Part shown: in pieces, positions 18,012-27,904 of the stretch
How the letters are laid out: each line of letters opens with the position of its first letter
Numbering within the stretch: position 1 is the first letter of the stretch
Source of the DNA: a virus
Lineage: Duplodnaviria > Caudoviricetes
Direction: 5' to 3' (one strand)
DNA length: 40,806 nt
IMG/VR virus record: IMGVR_UViG_3300048852_000112
Span: 1-40,806 of that record
Notes under the pieces: generated by a model
Database searches by the model: none
What the model saw: the letters and a program-made list of their open reading frames with translations, nothing else
What the model was told of the DNA's origin: nothing
Translations under genes and position numbers: made by a program

Positions 18012-18643
18012 GCGTCGTATTTCCCCGGACTGACGTCCTCTCGGTCGAGTTCACTGACCAGAAGTTTCGTCTCGTGGAGCGCCAGGAGTTCAGCCGTACA
18101 GCGCAGGGCCGGACGATAGGTAAGAGCTTTGGCAGCGCCCTATGGATGGCGGATTGGACAACTGCGCCAATGCCATTGACGGACGGCGTCGGCTATGAGG
18201 CGGTGCTGAACTCGCTCGACGGCGTGATCCAGCCATTCTTCGGTTACGATCTGCGCCGGCCTTATCCGGCTGCGCACTCTGCTGGAGATTTCTCCGAAGC
18301 CAGCGTTACCGTTTACCAGATCGGAGCGGATGGTAAATCGCTGGGACTCGACGGTCTGCCGACCGGCTTTGTGTTGACCCGAGGTGACTATATCGCCTTC
18401 GACTACGGTAGCGTGCCGTCTCGCGCGCTGCATCAAGTCATGGAGACCGTCACGGTTGATGGCACTGGTATCTCGCCATCCTTCGAAGTGCGGCCGCATC
18501 TGAGGCCAGGGCTTGCGGTCGGCGATCCGGTCATCCTGAAGAAGCCCTCGGCGCTCTTCACGCTCCAGCCGGGATCGGTGGAGTCGATTGTGCAGGATGG
18601 GATGTTCTGCGCCATTTCCTTCAGCGCTGTGCAGGTTCTCTGA
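18008..18643 (+). CDS. Distal tail (Dit-like) protein
   Basis: Directly after the tape measure gene, ATGA overlap. Confidence 0.7.
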   Translation: MSVVFPRTDVLSVEFTDQKFRLVERQEFSRTAQGRTIGKSFGSALWMADWTTAPMPLTDGVGYEAVLNSLDGVIQPFFGYDLRRPYPAAHSAGDFSEASVTVYQIGADGKSLGLDGLPTGFVLTRGDYIAFDYGSVPSRALHQVMETVTVDGTGISPSFEVRPHLRPGLAVGDPVILKKPSALFTLQPGSVESIVQDGMFCAISFSAVQVL

Positions 18644-19311
18644 TGCCCCGTTACATCTCCGCCGGAAACTTGGCTGCACTTCAGGCGCGCCAGCTCGTCG
18701 CCCGCGACTTCCTTTGGATCGTTGCTCGCGATCGAGAGACGAATGTACCTGTGCCCGACGGCATGTGGTCAGACGTCGGCAATGTGGCAGCCGCGGTAAT
18801 CAATCCCGACACTGGACTGCCGGTCACCCGCGACTGGTACGGCTCGGGCACGCTCGTCGCGATCGACGATATCCCGCTGGTCTCGAATCTGTCGGTCCAG
18901 ACAGTCAGGATCCGCATGTCGCAGGTCAGCGAGCATGTCGAGCAATTGGTTCGCCAGTACGACTGCAAACAGGCGCGCGTCGAGATATTCCGCGGGCTCT
19001 TCGATCCTGAGAGCCGTCAGATGGTGGCGCCGGCGGAATGCCGGTTCGTCGGCTTCGTCGACACGATCGAGATCGTAACACCTTCGGAGAACGAAGAGGA
19101 CGCGGTCACGCTCAACTGTGTCAGCCACACACAGGAGATGACCCGGGCGAACCCGGAGACCCGGAGCCATGCAACGCAGATCTTGCGCGACCCGAACGAT
19201 ACCTTCTTCAAGGATGCCGACACGGTTGCCGAGTGGGAAATCTTCTGGGGTTCGGAAAAGGGCAAAGTGCCGACACAGCCGAAGCGGAAGAAGTTCCTCG
19301 GGATCTTCTGA
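18643..19311 (+). CDS. Tail hub / minor tail protein
   Basis: Position; WYGSGTLVAI, RFVGFVD, RDPNDTFF motifs. Confidence 0.7.
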   Translation: MPRYISAGNLAALQARQLVARDFLWIVARDRETNVPVPDGMWSDVGNVAAAVINPDTGLPVTRDWYGSGTLVAIDDIPLVSNLSVQTVRIRMSQVSEHVEQLVRQYDCKQARVEIFRGLFDPESRQMVAPAECRFVGFVDTIEIVTPSENEEDAVTLNCVSHTQEMTRANPETRSHATQILRDPNDTFFKDADTVAEWEIFWGSEKGKVPTQPKRKKFLGIF

Positions 19312-19736
19312 TGAGCATTCGCCAAGCCGGTGAGACCGATCGCTTCCGCGTGGTCGCTTTGCTCAGGGAAAGTCATGTTGCGGCGCGATTCACCTGGCCA
19401 TTCCAGGCCGCCTATGCCGATCGCCTGTTTCGGGAACACATGACCACGGGCCTGGTGCTCGTGCTCGGCGATCCTGCGCAGGGCCTCCTGATGGCCAGGA
19501 CCTTCGAACATCCCTTCGGCGCCGGCCGTTGGGCCAAGGAAACCGTCTGGTACATCGCGCCGGGAGCACGGGGCCGCTCCGCTCTGCAGATGCTGGACGC
19601 CTATGAGGCATGGGCCCGGGAACAGAGATGCGACACGGTCGGCATGGCATCGCTCGCGACCAATGACGTTTCCGCTCTCTATCTCCGGCGGGGCTACGTG
19701 CCGGCCGAGACGCATTTCATCAAGGCGCTGACTTAA
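19311..19736 (+). CDS. GNAT-family acetyltransferase
   Basis: IRQA; WYIAPGARGRSALQML..YEAWA; LYLRRGY; TGATG coupling. Confidence 0.8.
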   Translation: MSIRQAGETDRFRVVALLRESHVAARFTWPFQAAYADRLFREHMTTGLVLVLGDPAQGLLMARTFEHPFGAGRWAKETVWYIAPGARGRSALQMLDAYEAWAREQRCDTVGMASLATNDVSALYLRRGYVPAETHFIKALT

Positions 19737-19762
19737 AGCCGCCGGACTGATCAGGAACATCG

Positions 19763-22483
19763 ATGGCAATTTTCTCGGGCCTTGCCGCGATCGGCACCGC
19801 TATCGGCGGTGTTGTGTCTGCCTTTATGGGGAGCACCATCGGCGCGTTGGTGCTCAAGGCGGCCGTCGGCCTCGGCATTAACCTGCTCGCGCAGTCGCTC
19901 GCCGGCAAGCCGAAAGAACCGCTGTTCTCGATCAACGGCACGTTGCAGGGCGGTGGTGACCTTCCAAGGACGTTCATTCTCGGTCGAACCGCGACGGCCG
20001 GATCGCTCGTGTGGGCGAATACGTGGGGCAGGGACGGGGAGACGCCCAACGCCTACCTGACCCAGGTCATTGCGCTTTCGGACCTGCCGACACAGTCGCT
20101 TGACGAGCTTTGGGTCAACGGCGAGCGGAAAGACGTCGATTGGGCCAACCCGCATCCGCAGTATGGCGCGCCTGTAGCCGGCTACCCCGACGCGCTTTGG
20201 GTGAAGTTCTACGACGGTACCCAAACAGCCGCCGACCCGTTCCTGGTGACGGCCGCGTCAAATGCGCAGCGCACTTATGATGCGTCACGCGTTGGCTGGG
20301 GCGTATCTTATGCCGTCGTCACGGCGAAGGTCACGAAGAACCTCTTCTCGGGTATCCCGAATTTCAAATTCGTGGTGACCGGCTGCCGTCTCTATGACAT
20401 CTCGAAGGACAGCACCGCTGGCGGTGTAGGCCCGCATCGTTGGGACAATCCGGCCACCTGGGGCGGCGACGGCGACCATCTCCCAGCCGTGCAGGCCTAT
20501 AACCTGCTTCGTGGCCTGACCTACAACGGCAAGTGGATTTATGGCCTGCAGGGTCTCGCCGCGGCGCGTCTGCCGGCGGCCAACTGGATTGCCCAGGTCA
20601 ACAAGTGCCGGGCGCCGATCCTCGGTCATGACGGGTACGAGCCGACCTATCGTTGTGCCGGAGAGATCCCCGTCGAGGCCCCGCTGGCGACAGCACTCGA
20701 ATCGATCCTGACGAGCTGCATTGGTCGCATCTCGGAAGTGGGCGGCGTCTACAGCATCCATGTCGGCGCGCCGGACCTGCCGACCGTCTCTTTCACCGAC
20801 GGCGACATTCTGTCGACCGAAGAGCAGTCCTTTACGCCGTTCTTTGGCTTGGCCGACACGATCAACGGCATCTCGGCGACCTATCCGTCCCCGGCCGATG
20901 CTTGGTCGACCAAGGCAGCGCCGCCGCTCTACAGGGCCGATCTTGAGGCGCAGCACGGCAACCGCCGGCTCATGGCCGATGTCCCGCTCGACATGGTGCC
21001 CTATGCCGAGCAGGTGCAGCGCCTCATGCGCTCGGCTCTCGAGGAAGGGCAGCGGGCCCGGCGTCACACGCTCGTGCTACCGCCGGAGTTCTGGCCCTAT
21101 GCGGTCCCGGGCGAAATCCTGTCCTGGACGTCGGCTCGGAATGGCTACATCACCAAGCTGTTTCGGATCGACGGCGCCGCCGACCGGGCGAACCTTGACG
21201 TTATGGTCGACGTCACGGAAGTCGATCCCAGCGACTACGACTGGAACAGCGACGCGGATTTCAAGCCGCCCGTCGACGGCGCGGTCGGACCGATCCGCCC
21301 ACAGCCTCAGCCGATCATCGACTGGAATGCCGAACCGGCATACGTGCCGGACAACACCGGCAAGCCGCGCCGGCCGGCCATACTGCTGTCGTGGGACAAT
21401 GCCGAGGGCCGTTTGGTCGACGTCATTGGCATCGAATTCGAGGTGCGGCTCGCCACAACCCTGGCGACAGTCTATGGCGGCCGAACGGATCAGCCGGAGG
21501 TCGGCTCGCTGCTGATCTCGCAAGGGTTGCTGCCACTCACGGCTTATGGCGTGCGCGGCCGGTATATCGCTGGTTCCGACCGGCCGACGCTCTGGTCGAA
21601 CTGGCTTTCGGTTATTACGCCGGATGTCCGTTTCAGTAGCGACGACATCTTCGACATCGATCTCAACGCGCTCGCGGAGGACGTCAAGCGGCTGACGAAG
21701 TGGATCGGCGACGACACGCGGATCCTGCGCGACAAGATCGAAGCGCTGGCGACGAATGCCAGCGACCAGGACCTGAGGAACTACGACGACAAGGCCTCCT
21801 TGCGCCGTGAAGTCGTTGTGGTCGCGAACAAGATCACCGCGGGCTACACAGAAGCGATCAATGTCGCTGTCGGGCCGGGCTCGGCAATTGCGAACCAGAT
21901 CGAAACTCTGACAGTCGAGATTGCGGGCAAGGCATCCGTCGAGGCGCTGAACGCCGTCACAGTCCGCGTCGACACGATCGACGGTGAGCTGAGCATCCAA
22001 GGCGCGGCGATCCAGCACCTGGAAGCCGAGATTGAGGGCAAGGCATCCGCCGTGGCCTTCGATGCTCTCTATGTGCAGGTGAATGGCTCGGGCGGCATTG
22101 CCGAACGGCTGAGCGGTGTCGAGTTCGCCATGGACGGCACCACGGCGAGCAGTCGGTTTCGCATGTCGGCCGGCTATACTCCGGGGCCGGGATGGTCGGC
22201 CCGCATCGGCATGGAAGCCCGCGTCAACAGCGGTTCCACTTATCGCGCCGCCGGCATGTACCTCGATGTCACGGCAACGAGCGCCCGCGTCGTGTTCGAC
22301 GTGTCGCAGTTCATCATCACCGACGGGTCGAGCACCGCCGCACCGTTCGTCTTCTCGGGAGGCGTTGCGTACATGGAAAACGCGCGCATCGGCACGGTCT
22401 ATTTCAACCAGCTGATGTCGACGAATGGGAAGCTGATCATCAAGGGCTACGGCAACGAAGCGTCAATCGAGATCTGGTCATGA
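19763..22483 (+). CDS. Tail tip / host specificity protein (gpJ-like)
   Basis: 906 aa; G.RLYD..KDSTAGG.G.HRW.NPATW; coiled coil; APFVFSGGVAYMENARI C-terminus. Confidence 0.88.
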   Translation: MAIFSGLAAIGTAIGGVVSAFMGSTIGALVLKAAVGLGINLLAQSLAGKPKEPLFSINGTLQGGGDLPRTFILGRTATAGSLVWANTWGRDGETPNAYLTQVIALSDLPTQSLDELWVNGERKDVDWANPHPQYGAPVAGYPDALWVKFYDGTQTAADPFLVTAASNAQRTYDASRVGWGVSYAVVTAKVTKNLFSGIPNFKFVVTGCRLYDISKDSTAGGVGPHRWDNPATWGGDGDHLPAVQAYNLLRGLTYNGKWIYGLQGLAAARLPAANWIAQVNKCRAPILGHDGYEPTYRCAGEIPVEAPLATALESILTSCIGRISEVGGVYSIHVGAPDLPTVSFTDGDILSTEEQSFTPFFGLADTINGISATYPSPADAWSTKAAPPLYRADLEAQHGNRRLMADVPLDMVPYAEQVQRLMRSALEEGQRARRHTLVLPPEFWPYAVPGEILSWTSARNGYITKLFRIDGAADRANLDVMVDVTEVDPSDYDWNSDADFKPPVDGAVGPIRPQPQPIIDWNAEPAYVPDNTGKPRRPAILLSWDNAEGRLVDVIGIEFEVRLATTLATVYGGRTDQPEVGSLLISQGLLPLTAYGVRGRYIAGSDRPTLWSNWLSVITPDVRFSSDDIFDIDLNALAEDVKRLTKWIGDDTRILRDKIEALATNASDQDLRNYDDKASLRREVVVVANKITAGYTEAINVAVGPGSAIANQIETLTVEIAGKASVEALNAVTVRVDTIDGELSIQGAAIQHLEAEIEGKASAVAFDALYVQVNGSGGIAERLSGVEFAMDGTTASSRFRMSAGYTPGPGWSARIGMEARVNSGSTYRAAGMYLDVTATSARVVFDVSQFIITDGSSTAAPFVFSGGVAYMENARIGTVYFNQLMSTNGKLIIKGYGNEASIEIWS

Positions 22484-24069
22484 CCAGGAACTATGTGGGC
22501 TGGAAAGAGGGCGTGGGCGCCGTGATCAGGATCGTCGCCAGCGACGCACATGATCCCAAGACACACCCGAAATCCGATTTCGGTGCGTTCCGGATCGATA
22601 CCGAAACTGCCGCGATCGGCTACGGCGACCACAGGGGGACGCAGACCGTGGTCCCTCTGTCGCTGCAATGGTTGCCCGACCAGTGGTACGACAACTGGAT
22701 AGGTGGTCAGGTGCTCGCGAGAACGCAAGCAGCGGGCGGGAATCCGAACAATGGCGTGATGAGTCTTTTCGCCAACCCTGGGGGGATATGGCCCGATCTT
22801 AACGCGTTTTACTTCGTAACGACGCAAGACACGGCCTGGAAGCAGGCGTGGAGTTCTTTTGGCGCGGCGTATTTGGGCAGCAGTGACAGGTATAATGTCA
22901 CGCGTCGTGGCCCGACAGAGCGCTACCAGCAAATGATCGTTCCGGTGAAGACAAACGGCGGTTGGTCTGCTGCCGGCTATGGCTATCTGGATCCTCAAAG
23001 CACGGCAACTGACGTAAACGCGCCGCCGCAGCTTACCCGTGACCTATCGACCGTCCCCGGCGTTTTCATGCCGATAGCCAACATGCCGGTCAGGACGTAC
23101 TCGTTTTACGGTCTCGACCTGCCCGTTGACGAAAGCCCGTACCCGGCCGTTCCGCCCGGCCCACCGACCCAGGGTCTGATGACGGTGTACTTCAACCAGA
23201 GCCTCGCCAGGATGTCGAAGGCGGGGTACGACATCAGAACGGCCAACTTCGACCAGTTGATCTTCGACAGTGCGAAGTTGCCGATGAAGGTGATCAAAAC
23301 CGGGTTGGTCGGCATCGCTCAAGGCGGTGTTGTGGGCATCCCTTTGGGCGCCGCGTACGACCCGTCGATCTTCGTTGACTACCTCGTCCAGGCGCAAGGT
23401 GCGAGCTACCTATGGCTGCCGGCGTGGCCGGAAAACCCTGCACTGTTCTACAACGTGCAGTATCGGATCAATGGCTCGACACTGGAGCTGTACAACACTA
23501 GCTCGACGGCCGTGTGGGTGCGCTACGTTGTGATGGCGGCGGATAGCCTGGCGCCATCGGTCGGCACGAATAAGGTCTTTGACCGAGGCCTAGATTATCT
23601 CGTGATCCGCCGGCCCGGATCGGCGGGAACGCGCTTGAAAGACACGATCGTCGACAGCCGCTTGTCCTATCTGCCGATCGTGCAGCAGGCATGGGTGCCG
23701 TTCAGCTCGTTCGCAGATAGTGGCGGGCACCAGGCCGGCACGCATTATTGGGCGACAAGCTGGGCGAATCCTGGCAATTTCAAGCCCTATGTGCTGGCCA
23801 AGGTCGCGCGGCAGAACAAGAACAACCCGGCGCAGATCGTCTATCAGGATTTCTACGGGAAGTTTCTCGAAATCAGCAGCCAGAACCGCTTTTCGGATAG
23901 CACGTTCATGTGCCAGTTGACCGACACTTCGGCGACCTTCTTCGCCTCGAACGGCGGTCGATGGGAGGACGCTTGGAGTCTGGACGGCGGCGCCTTTAGG
24001 GGCCGCTCGTCCTCCTATCAGACGATCGGCATCCGCTACTACGTCTTCGCGATCCCCACCAACCTCTGA
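22480..24069 (+). CDS. Putative receptor-binding / tail protein
   Basis: ATGA overlap with the tip gene; beta-rich and aromatic; SKAGYDI…QLIFDS motif. Confidence 0.7.
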   Translation: MTRNYVGWKEGVGAVIRIVASDAHDPKTHPKSDFGAFRIDTETAAIGYGDHRGTQTVVPLSLQWLPDQWYDNWIGGQVLARTQAAGGNPNNGVMSLFANPGGIWPDLNAFYFVTTQDTAWKQAWSSFGAAYLGSSDRYNVTRRGPTERYQQMIVPVKTNGGWSAAGYGYLDPQSTATDVNAPPQLTRDLSTVPGVFMPIANMPVRTYSFYGLDLPVDESPYPAVPPGPPTQGLMTVYFNQSLARMSKAGYDIRTANFDQLIFDSAKLPMKVIKTGLVGIAQGGVVGIPLGAAYDPSIFVDYLVQAQGASYLWLPAWPENPALFYNVQYRINGSTLELYNTSSTAVWVRYVVMAADSLAPSVGTNKVFDRGLDYLVIRRPGSAGTRLKDTIVDSRLSYLPIVQQAWVPFSSFADSGGHQAGTHYWATSWANPGNFKPYVLAKVARQNKNNPAQIVYQDFYGKFLEISSQNRFSDSTFMCQLTDTSATFFASNGGRWEDAWSLDGGAFRGRSSSYQTIGIRYYVFAIPTNL

Positions 24070-24079
24070 GAGACAATTC

Positions 24080-24316
24080 ATGTCGAAAGCTGACGAGGCC
24101 AGCGCGCACCGCGCGGCCAATCATCCCGACACGCCAGAACAGCCGGTACCGCCGCAACAGGAGCCGGCGCCCGACGGCCAGCCCAAAGCCCCGCTTGGCC
24201 CGCTCGGCCAGTTTTTCCAGCGCGAGGCCGAGTTCTACCGGGGGGAGGCGCTATCCATGGCAGTGATGCTGGAGCGCCTTGCGCTGGCCAGCCGCGAGCA
24301 AGCCGGAAAGGAGTAA
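24080..24316 (+). CDS. Hypothetical tail-region protein
   Basis: Fills the operon gap; GAGAG upstream. Confidence 0.6.
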   Translation: MSKADEASAHRAANHPDTPEQPVPPQQEPAPDGQPKAPLGPLGQFFQREAEFYRGEALSMAVMLERLALASREQAGKE

Positions 24317-24319
24317 GCC

Positions 24320-25429
24320 TTGTCCTACATCCCTGATTATCGCGATGGCACTGTCTCACTCGCGACGGGCACGAGGGATCTTGTCGGCGTCGGCACAGCT
24401 TGGGCTTCGGGCGCGGGCATTCAGACCGGCGACATGTTCTTGGTCGGCGGCTTTGTGGCGCTAATCGAAACCGTTGTCGACGACACGCATATTACGCTTC
24501 GGGACAACTGGGGCGGCCCGACACTGCCGGCCGGATCGAGCTATTCGATCAAGTTCTCGCCGGATCAGTCGCGGGTGCAGGCGAGTGTGGCCGCGCTGAT
24601 CAATCGGCTCGGAAACGGCAATGTTGATGCGCTCGCCGCGCTGGACATCGAAGCTGATACGCTGCCCTACGGCAATGGGCCGGGTAGCCTTGCCCTGGCG
24701 GCGTTTACGGATATCGGCAGAGCGCTTGTGGGGGCGGCTGACACGGCCGCAGCACAGACAGCCATAGGCGGAGGTGAGGCGGGCAGGGCGGTTTTTGTCG
24801 CCTCTGACAAGGCTGCCGCCCAGACGGCAATCAGCACTGCCGCCGTCGGCAAGAATGTGCTGGCCGCCGCCGACGAGGCTGCAGCACAAGGCGCGCTTGG
24901 CGCAACCGACGTCGGAAAAGCCTTGCTGGGCGCCATTGACCAGGCGGCGGGACGAGCAGCGATTGCCGCTCAACAACAGGATGATCAGCTTTCAGCTATT
25001 GCAGCTCTCACCGGCCTGGGTGGTGCCTTCATCAGATGGACTGGCGCCTCGTCGGCGGTGATGCAGGCGATCAACGGAATCTGCGCGGAGTCGGGCGGAT
25101 CGGCTACGGGCTCGCTCTTTGAGCAAGCGGCGAATGCCAGCGGGCAGTACTTCCGTTTCGCGGGCGGGATGCAGATTTGCTACACCCGGCTGGACTATGG
25201 AGGGTCTGGCGCAGGGATCAGGACCGTCAATTGGACCTACCCGGCTGCCTTCGCATACGATCCGATGTTGCTTGGTTCCGCCGAAGGATTCGGCGAAGCA
25301 TTCAGGTTCATTGGCATTTCGGGTCCTGGCAAGCCGGGACCGACAGGAGCCACACCTTCCATCGAGGTCACTGCCGCAGGCGCGGGGACTGTTATATGCC
25401 AAGCCGTGGCAATAGGGAGGTGGTTCTGA
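24320..25429 (+). CDS. Tail fibre protein
   Basis: Y.DGTVS…VGVGTAW N-terminal domain; Ala-rich repeats; NASGQYFRFAGGMQIC…AIGRWF C-terminal domain; AAGGAG RBS before TTG. Confidence 0.8.
   Translation: MSYIPDYRDGTVSLATGTRDLVGVGTAWASGAGIQTGDMFLVGGFVALIETVVDDTHITLRDNWGGPTLPAGSSYSIKFSPDQSRVQASVAALINRLGNGNVDALAALDIEADTLPYGNGPGSLALAAFTDIGRALVGAADTAAAQTAIGGGEAGRAVFVASDKAAAQTAISTAAVGKNVLAAADEAAAQGALGATDVGKALLGAIDQAAGRAAIAAQQQDDQLSAIAALTGLGGAFIRWTGASSAVMQAINGICAESGGSATGSLFEQAANASGQYFRFAGGMQICYTRLDYGGSGAGIRTVNWTYPAAFAYDPMLLGSAEGFGEAFRFIGISGPGKPGPTGATPSIEVTAAGAGTVICQAVAIGRWF
24704..24967 (+). repeat. Four degenerate 22-aa repeats in the tail fibre
   Basis: FTDIGRALVGAADTAAAQTAIG / GGEAGRAVFVASDKAAAQTAIS / TAAVGKNVLAAADEAAAQGALG / ATDVGKALLGAIDQAAGRAAIA. 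Confidence 0.8.
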
Positions 25430-25746
25430 TGCGCGTGTCGTTTTCTCCGCAGCGTCGCGACCACACTCTGATCGTGGCTAAGCTCGGCGACATCCTCATG
25501 ATCAACGGCGAGGCTTTCGATTTCTCGCTTCTGCCGGACGGCGCGACCATCCCGGCCGGCGAAGTGCCTTGCGAGTGGATCGTCGGGCCGGTTGAGCGCA
25601 TAGCCGGTGATCTACGCGTTACTCTCATCCTGCCGCATGGTCCCAACCCATCTCAGGCCGTGGCCTTTCCGGCGATGCTGATCGATCCGCCTGACGGGCC
25701 ATTGGCGAATCCAAGTGACGAGGAGATCGCCAATGTGGAAGCCTGA
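25429..25746 (+). CDS. Tail fibre-associated protein
   Basis: MRVSFSPQRRD…INGEAFDFS.LPDGAT…LILPHG, a family often found after fibre genes. Confidence 0.75.
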   Translation: MRVSFSPQRRDHTLIVAKLGDILMINGEAFDFSLLPDGATIPAGEVPCEWIVGPVERIAGDLRVTLILPHGPNPSQAVAFPAMLIDPPDGPLANPSDEEIANVEA

Positions 25747-26065
25747 TCCTGAAATCATTATCACGGCAGAGCAGAAGGCGGCCGAAGCACAAGCCGCGCT
25801 CATCGAAGCCTTCCGGGTGGCCATTCAGGGGCATGTCGAAGCTACGGCTCAGAGCCGCCGCTACGATAGCGGCAACTCGCTTGCGAGCTATGTCGCCAGC
25901 ACCAATGCCGTCTGGGCGGGCGAGGCTGCCGCTTTCGTCGCATGGCGGGATGACGTTTGGACCTATTCATATGCCGAACTCGATAAGGTGGTAGCGGCTG
26001 AACGTCCACAGCCGACTATCGAGGAGTTCGTCGCTGAGCTCCCTTGGATTGCATGGCCGGCCTAG
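25733..26065 (+). CDS. Tail fibre assembly-like protein
   Basis: AQSRRYD…SY..S….EA.AFVAWRD.VW…ELP.I.WP pattern; GAGGAG RBS. Confidence 0.75.
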   Translation: MWKPDPEIIITAEQKAAEAQAALIEAFRVAIQGHVEATAQSRRYDSGNSLASYVASTNAVWAGEAAAFVAWRDDVWTYSYAELDKVVAAERPQPTIEEFVAELPWIAWPA

Positions 26066-26162
26066 TGGAGGATCAATACCTGAACCGATGACAGCGACCG
26101 GCTTCGTTCCACAAGGTCCCGCAAATTAGACCAAGGTCGACACCGCTTCGCTGGCAAACAAA

Positions 26163-26225
26163 CTTGCCAGTCACGTAATGTGACGCTATGTGTCCGAAGG
26201 GGAGCTAGATCACGCAATGTGATCT
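26163..26225 (+). promoter_or_regulatory. Putative sigma70 promoter with twin palindromic operators for the cargo operon
   Basis: CTTGCC-N17-CTATGT; TCACGTAATGTGA (26171-26183) and TCACGCAATGTGA (26210-26222). Confidence 0.55.
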
Positions 26226-26254
26226 GGCCGCATCTGGGCGTTCGGGGAATCCAA

Positions 26255-26476
26255 TTGAGAAAATTTGTGTCCGGCTTAGGCCTGTCTGTGGTGTTCTTTG
26301 CCATCAACACGCCGGCTTACGCTTATCTTGATCCTGGTACGGGCAGCATCATCCTTCAAGGTCTGATTGCGGGTATTGCTGCATTCGGAACGATCATCTC
26401 TATCAACTACCATCGGTTGAAGGCTAAATTCAGAGAGATCTTCGGAAAGGGCGACGGCGATAAGGCCATGAAATGA
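26255..26476 (+). CDS. YLDPGTGS-motif membrane micropeptide
   Basis: TTG start after GGGGA; signal peptide ending AYA, then YLDPGTGS, a TM helix and a basic tail; ATGA overlap with the next gene. Confidence 0.8.
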   Translation: MRKFVSGLGLSVVFFAINTPAYAYLDPGTGSIILQGLIAGIAAFGTIISINYHRLKAKFREIFGKGDGDKAMK

Positions 26477-27873
26477 CAACTCTGGTGAATTTTGATCAGG
26501 GTTCATTTCGAGACCCGTCAGGGCAGGTTTTCGAGTACCAGGGCCGAATCCTTAGGACAATCAATGAGCCGGCGCGGATTAATTACGAGGCCGCGCGTGA
26601 CGCTGGTGTGCTCGACAAGCTCACTGGGGCAGGGGCATTGGTTGCATCTCGCCAGGTTTCTGTCTGGCCGGTTGCGATACCGGGTGCTGCTTACTTGCTC
26701 GAACACGAGCGGATACCATTTATATCGTACCCATATGAATGGTGCTTCGGGGAGTTGAAGGCGGCAGCGCTCCATCATCTGAATCTCCAAATCGAGCTGC
26801 TGGAAAGCGGATACGTTCTTTCCGATGCGACCGCCTACAACGTTCAGTTCATCGGCCCAAAACCGATCTTTATCGACACGCTATCGATCCGGCCGTATCA
26901 AGAGGGCGAATATTGGCAGGGGCATCGCCAATTCTGCGAGCAGTTCCTTAATCCGCTTTTGCTCCGCTCGCTGTTCGGCATAGCACACAACGCATGGTTT
27001 AGGGGTGGCCTGGAGGGTATAGCGACCGGTGACCTGGCTCGTCTTCTATCCCTGAGACACAAGATTTCGTGGAATGTGCTGGTACACGTAATCCTTCAAG
27101 CCAAGCTCGAGGCGAAGGCCCTGCAGGCGCCAGACCAGGCGATTCAAAAAGCCAAACAGTCTCGACGGCTTTCTCGCGCTGGCTACAAGGGCATTCTTAC
27201 CCAGCTCCGCAGTTGGATCGGGAAGTTGCATCCTGCGGACACTGGAAAGACCGTCTGGGGCGACTACTCGAAAGACAACACCTACACGAGTGAGGAAGCG
27301 TCGGCCAAAAAGAAGGCGATCGCAGAGTTTGCGTCGGCGTCGCGGCCGAAGATCCTGGTCGATCTCGGGTGCAACACCGGAGATTTCTCGGTGGCTGCGC
27401 TGGAGGGCGGGGCACAGAGCGTGATCGGTTTTGATTTCGACCATCGGGCCGTTGAGATCGGGTATGCCCGCGCGCTCGCAGAAGGGCGCAATTTCCTCCC
27501 GCTGTGGCTGGATGCATCCAATCCCAGCCCGGACCAGGGCTGGAAGCAGGCCGAGCGCAAAGGCTTCGGCGGCCGTGTCAAGGTCGACGCCATGGTTGCG
27601 CTCGCGTTCGAGCACCATCTGGCGATTGGCAAGAACGTGCCACTGGATCAGGTTGTCAAATGGCTGATGGAGACCGCGCCCAAAGGCATCATTGAATTCG
27701 TGCCGAAAGACGATCCTACGATCAGGAAAATGCTCGCACTGCGGGAGGACATTTTCTCAAACTATTCCGAGGCCGCGTTCGTTCGCGCCATGGAACAACA
27801 TGGGCGAATTGTCGCCAAGCAGACCGTATCGAAGAGCGGGAGAACGCTTTTCACATACGACCGGGCACACTGA
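26473..27873 (+). CDS. NoeA-like protein: N-terminal kinase-like domain plus class I SAM methyltransferase
   Basis: GSFRDPSG; LSDATAYNVQF (DxxxxN loop) and FIDTLS; VDLGCNTG and GFDFD SAM motifs. Confidence 0.8.
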   Translation: MTTLVNFDQGSFRDPSGQVFEYQGRILRTINEPARINYEAARDAGVLDKLTGAGALVASRQVSVWPVAIPGAAYLLEHERIPFISYPYEWCFGELKAAALHHLNLQIELLESGYVLSDATAYNVQFIGPKPIFIDTLSIRPYQEGEYWQGHRQFCEQFLNPLLLRSLFGIAHNAWFRGGLEGIATGDLARLLSLRHKISWNVLVHVILQAKLEAKALQAPDQAIQKAKQSRRLSRAGYKGILTQLRSWIGKLHPADTGKTVWGDYSKDNTYTSEEASAKKKAIAEFASASRPKILVDLGCNTGDFSVAALEGGAQSVIGFDFDHRAVEIGYARALAEGRNFLPLWLDASNPSPDQGWKQAERKGFGGRVKVDAMVALAFEHHLAIGKNVPLDQVVKWLMETAPKGIIEFVPKDDPTIRKMLALREDIFSNYSEAAFVRAMEQHGRIVAKQTVSKSGRTLFTYDRAH

Positions 27874-27904
27874 TCCCTCGCTCCGCATAGCCAAGAGAAA
27901 GCCA

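Noticed and set aside
22192-22479. N-terminal extension of the listed 625-aa ORF
   Set aside because: Off-frame overlap with the tail tip gene; ATGA coupling supports a start at 22480.
3986-25402. Many long antisense and off-frame ORFs within structural genes (e.g. 3986..4654, 6018..6686, 17109..17876, 21077..22018)
   Set aside because: Shadow ORFs expected in high-GC coding DNA; no RBS or motif support.
22480-26065. Diversity-generating retroelement or invertible tail-fibre cassette
   Set aside because: No reverse transcriptase, invertase, template/variable repeat pair or flanking inverted repeats seen.
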